Of a stretch of DNA of 64,000 nt, positions 56,688 to 64,000 are shown one piece after another. Both the position numbers and the translations under genes were made by a program. This DNA comes from Candidatus Poribacteria bacterium (GTDB taxonomy: Bacteria; Poribacteria; WGA-4E; WGA-3G), in the NCBI GenBank assembly GCA_965205015.1, contig OZ242029.1:3456001-3520000 (forward strand). The letters are read 5' to 3'. The notes beneath the pieces are model-generated. The model did not search any database and was not told the DNA's origin. It worked only from the letters and a program-made list of their open reading frames with translations. Within the stretch, counting starts at the first letter, position 1. Every line of letters starts with the position of its first letter.

Positions 56688-58149
56688 GGATTGGAAGCCC
56701 CGAACCTTTAGGTCGGGGAGGAAAATCCGCCCTCTTGGAAAGGTCCAAAACGTTCTTTTTTTTCTTGACATATCGTCTAAAATTGTGGTAGAATGAGAGT
56801 ATCAGGTTGGCAGACAGTGTTTAGCATTACCGCTTGGTAATGTGTCTGCCTCCCACTAAGCAGGGGATAAATATCTGATACCTGATATACCATGAACCTA
56901 ACCTTTGAATATCCTGTGTATCCAACACAGACACAGGAAGAAACCTTATTAGGATGGCTTGACCATCTCTGTGAACTTCAGAACTCTGCGCGCAACAATC
57001 GCAAACATGCGCATGAGACAGAAGGTCGTTTTGTTTCGCGATATGACCAGGAGCAACTCTTGAAGATTGCCCGTAAGAAATATGACGATTTTCGGGAAGT
57101 CCCTCAAGATTTCCAAGTGTCTATCCTCAAGCGCGTTGACAGGTCCTTTAATGCATTCCGTAAGCGGTGTAAAGAAGGAGCGGAGAAAAAAGGGTATCCT
57201 CGCTACAAAATGCGTGTGCGTTCTCTGACGTGGTGCTTGCGTAAACATAAACGCAAAACAGGTGAACGTGTCCGTCAAAACCCGATAAAAGCAACCGACT
57301 TTCGCCATAATCGCTTGAAAGTGCCGAAGTTGGGTGAAGTCAAGATACGCATGCACCGCCGGCTTGAAGGCGATCCGAAAGAAGTGACGCTCGTGAAAAA
57401 AGCAAGTGGCTGGTATGCTCATATTACCTGTGAACTCCCCGATACTCCCAAAGTTGCGCCGACCGATGCGGTCGCTGTTGATGTCGGCACGACACACTAC
57501 CTGACGACTTCTGAAGGTGAAACAGAAGATAATCCGCGTTGGTATCGCAGGTCCGAAGGTTTGCTACGAAAACACTCTAAAGCCCTTTCTCGAAAGAAAA
57601 AAGGCAGCCAGCGTTGGCAGAAACAACAACACAAACTCGCTTTGCACCATGAACGCACAACGAACAAGCGCAAAGACTTTATCGGTAAACTCGTCTACAA
57701 ACTCTATCATCATCTAAAAAACAACGTCCTTATCGCTGAAGACCTCAGCGTATCTAACATGGTTCAGAATAAACACCTCAGCAAGAGCATCAGCGATGCC
57801 TCTTGGGCAAAGTTCTTTCAGTGGGCTGGAAACATGGTTCCGAAAGAGACGGTTTCCACTTCCACCAAGTCGATCCTAAGAACACTTCGCAAACCTGCTC
57901 TGCCTGCGGTAAGAAGTCGCCAAAGAAACTGTCGCTGGCGACACGCACCTTTAATTGTAGTTTTTGTGGCACGGTTTTAGACCGCGACCACAATGCTGCA
58001 ATAAACATACTTTTGCGGGCGGCTCGCGCCCATCGTGGAGAGCGTTGGGTTACCAACCTCTATGAAACGAGAAACTTACCGGTAGACCGGTAGGCTTGTT
58101 GGAACTAACACGCTAACAAGCCCCATGCTTTAGCATGGGGTACTATGAC
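56688..58149 (+). mobile_element. IS200/IS605-family element carrying only tnpB (IS1341-like); ends approximate
   Basis: Subterminal hairpins CCCCGAACCTTTAGGTCGGGG (56698-56718) and CCCCATGCTTTAGCATGGGG (58121-58140), both preceded by AAG. No tnpA. Confidence 0.85.
56892..58093 (+). pseudogene. tnpB: RNA-guided endonuclease TnpB with a frameshift near 57835-57841
   Basis: RuvC-I AVDVG and RuvC-II IAEDL in the first frame. Zn finger TSQTCSACG...C..CG and RuvC-III DRDHNAA in the second frame. Confidence 0.88.
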
Positions 58150-58257
58150 GAATTTGACATCTATTCTTGTGCTGTGCTATACTTTATAATGGATAGACGA
58201 GAGAGGACTGCAGAGCCGCGTTCCCTGTCGTTTAACCGCAAGGAATAATTAAAAAAA

Positions 58258-58731
58258 TTGAAACAGATTATCACGCACGCAGATCCAGATCTTGATGCTA
58301 TCGTCAGCGCATGGATTGCCCAAGATTTTCTCTTCAAAAACCACGAGTCAGAGGTTCTGTTTGTAAGCCGAAAGGTGCCAGAGAAACTCATGCGGCATGC
58401 CGATTGTGTGGTGGATGTCGGGAACACATACGTCCCTGAAAACTACCGATTCGATCACAAGCCTCCCGCGTTTGAAAATAGAAATAGCACCTGTGCAACC
58501 CGACTCATCTGGGAATATTTACGCGACACCGGTGCCGATGTTGCACACCTTGAACCTTTGGTGCAGGTTACCTATCAAGGCGATACACACCGGAATTCTG
58601 ATGCACTCAAGCGGAGTCGAATCGACGGACCGCATGCGGAATTAGTCAAATTAAAATCAGAACATAAAGCGGTAACAGAGGTCTATCGGCAGATGGTTCT
58701 CTGGCTAAGGAGTTATACAAAAAACTTATGA
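58258..58731 (+). CDS. Small DHH/MYG1-like hypothetical protein
   Basis: IITHADPDLDA, VDVG, RFDH, CATRLIW. TTG start. Confidence 0.65.
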   Translation: MKQIITHADPDLDAIVSAWIAQDFLFKNHESEVLFVSRKVPEKLMRHADCVVDVGNTYVPENYRFDHKPPAFENRNSTCATRLIWEYLRDTGADVAHLEPLVQVTYQGDTHRNSDALKRSRIDGPHAELVKLKSEHKAVTEVYRQMVLWLRSYTKNL

Positions 58732-60038
58732 AGCAGCTGACATGCTTACTCATTGCCCTATTTGCTGTGGCAGCAGTACCAGCGGAATACGCAAGTGCCG
58801 ATGAATGGCACCAGTGGCGTGGTGAAAACCGAGAAGGCGTTTGGAACGAAACAGGTATTCTCGAAGAATTCGGAGAAGAGCAGATTCCACTCCGTTGGCG
58901 GGTCCCAATCGGAAGCGGATATAGCGGACCGAGCGTTGCTGATGGTCGTGTCTATGTTACCGATCGCGTTACAAAGCCGAAACAGATCGAGCGGGTTCAC
59001 TGTTTTGATTGGGAGACAGGCGAATCTCTTTGGTCCTACACTTATGATTGCGTATACAAGATTGATTATACAGCAGGACCCCGGGCGACTGTGACTGTGC
59101 AGGATGGACTCGCTTATGCGTTAGGAGCGATGGGACATTTGCACTGTTTCGATGCTGTCACGGGTGACATCGTATGGAAGCGAGATCTCAATGTCGAATA
59201 TAACATCAATATGCCTATCTGGGGCATTGCGAGCGCGCCTATCGTCGAAGGCGACCATCTCATCGTTCAAATCGGCGGTAAGCCCAGTGCCTGTATCGTC
59301 GCATTTGACAGGAAAACGGGTGAAGAAAAATGGAAAGCATTGGACGATAACGCCTCCTATTCGGCACCGATTGTCATTACACAAGCGGATAAACGCGTCC
59401 TTGTCTGCTGGACGGGGGCGAATATAGCAGGTCTCAATCCACAGACGGGCGAAGTATATTGGCTCTATCCGTTTCCACCCGAAGGTTTCGAAATAGCGAT
59501 TGCTACGCCTATTTTCGACCAGAATGAATTGTTTGTCACTGAGTTCCGTCAAGGCTCTCTGCTTCTGAAATTGCCACAAGATAAATTGACGGTAGAACTC
59601 GGCTGGCATCGTAAGGGCAAAGATGAGCAGCATACAGATGCGCTTCAGACGACAATGGCGACGCCTGTGCGTTTTGGGGACTACATCTACGGTGTGGATA
59701 GCTACGGTGAACTCCGCTGTCTGGATGCCCGGAATGGAGATCGGATTTGGGAAGACCTCTCCGCTGTGCGGAAAGCGCGCTGGAGCAATATCCATTTCGT
59801 CAAACACCCCGCCTCGTCAGAAAACAGAGTCTGGATGTTCAATGAACAGGGCGAACTTCTCATTACAGAACTCTCACCCGAAGGATTGAATATTATCAGC
59901 CGAGCCAAATTGATTGAGCCGACACGCGACCAACTCAATCGAAGGGGCGGTGTTACATGGGCACACCCGGCGTTTGCCTATAAACACGTCTTCATTCGAA
60001 ACGATGAAGAACTCGTTTGCGCCAATTTAGAAAAATAG
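58728..60038 (+). CDS. Secreted PQQ-binding-like beta-propeller protein
   Basis: Signal peptide, W.QWRG.NR.G, GYSGPSVADG, repeated C.D..TG...W, WAHPAFA. Confidence 0.9.
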   Translation: MKQLTCLLIALFAVAAVPAEYASADEWHQWRGENREGVWNETGILEEFGEEQIPLRWRVPIGSGYSGPSVADGRVYVTDRVTKPKQIERVHCFDWETGESLWSYTYDCVYKIDYTAGPRATVTVQDGLAYALGAMGHLHCFDAVTGDIVWKRDLNVEYNINMPIWGIASAPIVEGDHLIVQIGGKPSACIVAFDRKTGEEKWKALDDNASYSAPIVITQADKRVLVCWTGANIAGLNPQTGEVYWLYPFPPEGFEIAIATPIFDQNELFVTEFRQGSLLLKLPQDKLTVELGWHRKGKDEQHTDALQTTMATPVRFGDYIYGVDSYGELRCLDARNGDRIWEDLSAVRKARWSNIHFVKHPASSENRVWMFNEQGELLITELSPEGLNIISRAKLIEPTRDQLNRRGGVTWAHPAFAYKHVFIRNDEELVCANLEK

Positions 60039-60186
60039 TGAGTTTCCGCTTTTTATTTCAAACCCGTAGTCCGTCACGGAGTGGAGGGGTTTTTGCTTGG
60101 GTATTTCTGCGGATTTCCCCTGGATATACGGAAAGGCACTTTATTCATCAAACCGACTTGATCGAACCGCAAGGAATAATTAAAAT

Positions 60187-63180
60187 ATGGAAACGACTCA
60201 GATGCCGGAGGTTGACTTACGTCCCGGCGAACAATTGCACGGCTTTGAGGTAAAAGCCGTCACACCGATCGATGAATTGCGAGCAGTGACGATCGAATTA
60301 GCACATCAGCATAGTGGCGCACGCTTGCTACATCTCTACACAAACGACACAGAGAATCTCTTCTCCATTAATTTTCCGACCCCACCCTCAGACGATACGG
60401 GTGTCCCACACATTCTTGAGCATGCCGTTTTAGCCGGCTCACAGAAATATCCCGTTAAAGAGCCTTTTTTTGAAATGATTAAGATGAGCATGGCAACCTT
60501 TATCAACGCCATGACCAGTTCTGATCATACCTACTATCCCGTAGCGAGCAATGTGAAAAAAGATCTCTTCAACTTAGCGGAAGTCTACTTCGATGCGGTA
60601 TTCCACCCACTCCTCACCGAAGAGACCTTCAAACGCGAAGGACACCATCTCGCACCTGCCGATCCTGAAGATCCGACTGGCGATTTGAAGGTAACAGGTA
60701 TCGTCTATAATGAGATGAAGGGGGTCTTCTCGGATCCAGAATCGCTGTTGTATCGGTCAATGACAAGCCGACTTCTGCCGAATACGCTCTATGCATGCGA
60801 GTCTGGTGGAGATCCTGACGCCATTCCGGATTTGACCTACGAGCAGCTCAAAAAATTCCATGAAACCTATTATCATCCCAGTAATAGTTATTTCTTTCTC
60901 TATGGTGATATTCCAACGGGTGATTACCTTTCTTTTCTCGCAGATAAGTTGGATAAGATTCCGAGAAACGAGGAGAGTGCCGCCTTGCGACCTCTCAGTC
61001 CAGAAGTCACCCATCAGTCGCGATGGGAATCCCCACAAGTTGCGCTTGATACCTATCCCGTTGGCGCAGATGAACCGCTTACAGAGAAGACATACTTAAT
61101 GCTGAGTTGGTTCATCGGGGATGCAACCGATCCTGAAGAGGTTGTTTTGGGACGTATTTTAAGTCTCATTCTCCTCGGCAATGAAGCCGCACCGCTCCGG
61201 AAAGCGATTATCGATTCCAAACTCGGTGCAGATCTCGTCTATTCTGGTGCCGGTTCTATCGGGGCGGCAGCCACTTTTTATCTTCTTCTCAAAGGGAGTG
61301 AAACGGATCGCGTCGAAGCGTTTACCCAACTCGTCACCGATACCCTCACACAAGTGGCGGATTCAGAGATTGATAGTGAGAAGGTGGAAGCGGCGTTCCA
61401 GCAGGCAACCTATCACTATCAAGAGGTCGCTTCAATGTTTCCGCTCCGCATGCTCCAACGTGTCATTGAGGGGTGGATATATGAGAAGGATTCAAACACC
61501 TTTCTAAAAATGGGGGGAACGCTCGCTGATGTCCGTCAACAGTGGCGGGAAAACCCAGCGATTTTCAATGAACTCATCCGTGAACGGCTTATTGAAAATC
61601 CGCATCGCTTGACAAGCGTGCTATCTCCAGATAGGGACAAGCAGGCGAAAACCGAGGCTGAACTCGCCGAACGAATGAAGGGGATACGGGCACAACTCAC
61701 TGATGAACAGATGAAGCGTATCGCCGCTGATGCCGCTGAACTCGAACGGCTCAATGAACAGCCCAATTCACCGGAAGCGTTAGCGAAACTCCCACAACTT
61801 CAGGTCAGCGATTTACCGGAGAAACCGAGACATATCCCGACAACGGTTGAGAACGTTAGTGGACGCCCCCTGCTCCACAACGATGTCTTTGCGAATGGTG
61901 TTAACTATCTCGTGCTAAACTTCGATTTGCGAGGTTTGCCGGAGCATCTGTGGACCTATCTGCCGAGATACACCGACGCTATTAGCAAACTCGGTGCCGC
62001 CGATATGGACTACGCCGAGATAGCGCATCGGACCTCCGCAGTTACCGGGGGGATTGGGTGTTCACCGGGGTTCAGCACACACGCCCTTGACTCGAGCCGT
62101 TCCTTGCAAAGCATGCGGTTTCACCTCAAGACACTTGATGATAAAATGGACGCTGCGCTTGATGTGCTCCATGACCTGATTTTTGCTGTAAACCCGCGGG
62201 ACACAGAACGCCTCCGAGATGTCTTGGTGCAAGCCGTTGCCGAATATCGTACGGAAATGATTCAGGATGGATTGAATACGGCGATTCATCACGCTTCGCG
62301 AGGTCTATCACCAGAAGCGCATATCTCAGAGATTGTTTTTGGTCTGCCGCAACTCCACAACAGTGAGACCTATCTCAACAATTTTGACGAACTTAACACC
62401 GATCTCATGTGTCATATAGAAGCGATTCGCGACTTCTTGTTGACCCGCGGGCGCGTGACCGCGAGTTTCACCGGTTCTGATACCGCTTTTGAGACGACAC
62501 GCACCAAACTCGGTGAATGGCTTAGCAAGATGCGAGATGAACCGCTCTCGTCTGAATCTATTGCGTTTCAACCGTTTGAGACGCCGCCGAGAGAAGGGTT
62601 AGCTGGTCCTATTCAGATTGCGTACTGTGCGCACGTGATCCCGGCACCACATTATTCGCATCCCGACTCAACGTTGCTCAGTATCGGCGCGCATATTTTG
62701 CGATTGGATTACATCATGAGCGAGATCCGCTTTAAAGGGAATGCTTACGGGGCATATTTTAATTATAGTCCGTTTGATGCTCACCTCTATCAAGCCTCAT
62801 ATCGGGATCCGCACGTCGCACGAACGCTCAACGTCTTTGAACAGGCAGCCGAGTACGTTAAACAGGTGGAATGGACACAGACTGACATTGATCGAGCGAT
62901 TATCGCGACCGCGAAAAGTGCTGAAAAACCGATGCGTCCGAGTCAAGCCGCAAGCGAAGCCCTGAGTCAATACCTCGTGGGACAGACACGGGAGATGCGA
63001 GAGGATCGCTACGCGCAACTCCGGCAGGCAACCCCTGCTGAAGTAAAACGCGCGCTTCTCCAACTCTTGGAGGAAAATCGAGATAAAGCCGCGGTGTGTG
63101 TCGTTTCAAGTCGTGAAAAACTGGAAGCAGCGAATCGGGAATTGGCACAACCGCTTGCCATTGAAGACATTGTCGCCTAA
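60187..63180 (+). CDS. Insulinase family M16C peptidase (presequence protease-like)
   Basis: GVPHILEH (inverted HxxEH), FINAMT, GIVYNEMKG, SGGDP, HPSNS, IRFKGNAYG, SYRDP. Confidence 0.95.
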   Translation: METTQMPEVDLRPGEQLHGFEVKAVTPIDELRAVTIELAHQHSGARLLHLYTNDTENLFSINFPTPPSDDTGVPHILEHAVLAGSQKYPVKEPFFEMIKMSMATFINAMTSSDHTYYPVASNVKKDLFNLAEVYFDAVFHPLLTEETFKREGHHLAPADPEDPTGDLKVTGIVYNEMKGVFSDPESLLYRSMTSRLLPNTLYACESGGDPDAIPDLTYEQLKKFHETYYHPSNSYFFLYGDIPTGDYLSFLADKLDKIPRNEESAALRPLSPEVTHQSRWESPQVALDTYPVGADEPLTEKTYLMLSWFIGDATDPEEVVLGRILSLILLGNEAAPLRKAIIDSKLGADLVYSGAGSIGAAATFYLLLKGSETDRVEAFTQLVTDTLTQVADSEIDSEKVEAAFQQATYHYQEVASMFPLRMLQRVIEGWIYEKDSNTFLKMGGTLADVRQQWRENPAIFNELIRERLIENPHRLTSVLSPDRDKQAKTEAELAERMKGIRAQLTDEQMKRIAADAAELERLNEQPNSPEALAKLPQLQVSDLPEKPRHIPTTVENVSGRPLLHNDVFANGVNYLVLNFDLRGLPEHLWTYLPRYTDAISKLGAADMDYAEIAHRTSAVTGGIGCSPGFSTHALDSSRSLQSMRFHLKTLDDKMDAALDVLHDLIFAVNPRDTERLRDVLVQAVAEYRTEMIQDGLNTAIHHASRGLSPEAHISEIVFGLPQLHNSETYLNNFDELNTDLMCHIEAIRDFLLTRGRVTASFTGSDTAFETTRTKLGEWLSKMRDEPLSSESIAFQPFETPPREGLAGPIQIAYCAHVIPAPHYSHPDSTLLSIGAHILRLDYIMSEIRFKGNAYGAYFNYSPFDAHLYQASYRDPHVARTLNVFEQAAEYVKQVEWTQTDIDRAIIATAKSAEKPMRPSQAASEALSQYLVGQTREMREDRYAQLRQATPAEVKRALLQLLEENRDKAAVCVVSSREKLEAANRELAQPLAIEDIVA

Positions 63181-63249
63181 ACCTATTTCGGCGCGTATAC
63201 TTTATCCTGGGTAGGTGTGTTTTCTAACCGCACGACTCTTATGCCGTCG

Positions 63250-63330
63250 GTAGGTGCGGTTTCATGAAGATTAGTGATTTTTCGAGATGAAATTACCGAA
63301 ATATTTATTTAAACTTCATCTAACCGCACC
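63250..63330. mobile_element. 56-bp MITE-like insert inside a GTAG-REP
   Basis: gtaggtgcggtttc[atgaag...cttcat, 63264-63319]ctaaccgcacc. Compare the intact REP at 18132-18156. Confidence 0.7.
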
Positions 63331-63361
63331 GTTCTTAAAAGAAAAAAGGGAGGAATCAGAA

Positions 63362-64000
63362 ATGAAGAGAATCGCAATTTTGATAGTATTTACCCTTGCT
63401 TTAGCAGTCATTGCAGCAAGCGCATCACAGCCTGTAGGTTTTGAGAAAAACTGGCATCACTGGCGCGGACCCCATGCAACCGGTGCCGCGGTCGAGGCGA
63501 ATCCGCCCACGACATGGAGTGAAACTGAAAACATCCGTTGGAAAGTGGCTATTCCGGGGATCGGACATGCCGCACCCATTATCTGGGAGGACAAAATCTT
63601 CATCCAAACCGCTATTGAAGGTAAGGAAGAGAAGGCTGAGGACGACAATCTATTCGGCGGTTTCTTTCAAAGAGATAGCGGTCCCAAATATAAATTTGAT
63701 CTCCTTGCCATCAATCGAAGCGACGGAAGCATTCTGTGGCAGAAGACACTGCGAGAGATAAGTCCGCATGAGGGGACACACCAAGATGCGACTTACGCTT
63801 CAAACTCGCCGGTTACCGACGGTGAGTACATCTACGCGTATTTCGGTTCGCGTGGACTCTACTGCGTTGATATGATGGGCAATGTGAAGTGGGAAAAAGA
63901 CATCGGCACGATGTATAAACGCAATACCTTCGGTGAAGGGAGTTCACCTGTTCTTCACGGCAACACGCTGGTTATCGTTCAAGATCATGAGGGGGATTCC
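63362..64000 (+). CDS. Secreted PQQ-binding-like beta-propeller protein, 3'-truncated by the window edge
   Basis: SD GGAGG, ATG at 63362, MKRIAILIVFTLALAVIAASASQ..NWHHWRGP...WSETENIRWK..IPG.GH..PIIW, ASNSPVTDG, FGEGSSP. Confidence 0.88.
   Translation, partial: MKRIAILIVFTLALAVIAASASQPVGFEKNWHHWRGPHATGAAVEANPPTTWSETENIRWKVAIPGIGHAAPIIWEDKIFIQTAIEGKEEKAEDDNLFGGFFQRDSGPKYKFDLLAINRSDGSILWQKTLREISPHEGTHQDATYASNSPVTDGEYIYAYFGSRGLYCVDMMGNVKWEKDIGTMYKRNTFGEGSSPVLHGNTLVIVQDHEGDS

Noticed and set aside
1-64000. tRNA, rRNA, integrase, prophage, DGR or group II intron
   Set aside because: No cloverleaf or rRNA signatures, recombinase, phage structural genes or reverse transcriptase motifs were recognised by eye. 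tRNAscan/cmscan were not run.

Overview
This is a bacterial window of roughly 50% GC. It is most consistent with Candidatus Poribacteria, an inference from gene content (SUMF1/FGE proteins, PQQ-like propellers, Gfo/Idh/MocA, VWA/DUF4159/DUF4175) and from secreted proteins ending in a V[DE]PxxKLxxxWxDxK tail. It holds about 40 CDS. Housekeeping and metabolic genes include purC, a cyclophilin, a KamA-family enzyme, a PreP peptidase, a CoA-transferase and a THUMP methyltransferase. A type I R-M locus carries two accessory genes between hsdS and hsdR: an ABC-ATPase/TOPRIM-like protein and a DUF4062-HATPase protein. Also present are a nonsense-disrupted MazF/PemK toxin, a frameshifted disA, a tnpA-less IS200/IS605 element with a frameshifted tnpB, and a compact sigma54 module (regulatory-domain-less activator, three 21-bp repeats, divergent -24/-12 promoter, STAS gene). 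The best candidates for undescribed biology are: (i) a promoter-to-terminator, highly structured ~380-nt non-coding transcript at 53.35-53.74 kb, upstream of two paralogous secreted proteins sharing a conserved C-terminal tail; (ii) a dense set of REP/MITE-like repeats that nest in each other, insert in frame into proteins and appear to supply ribosome-binding sites; (iii) the R-M-embedded accessory pair. Family calls come from motif recognition by eye; no database searches were run.
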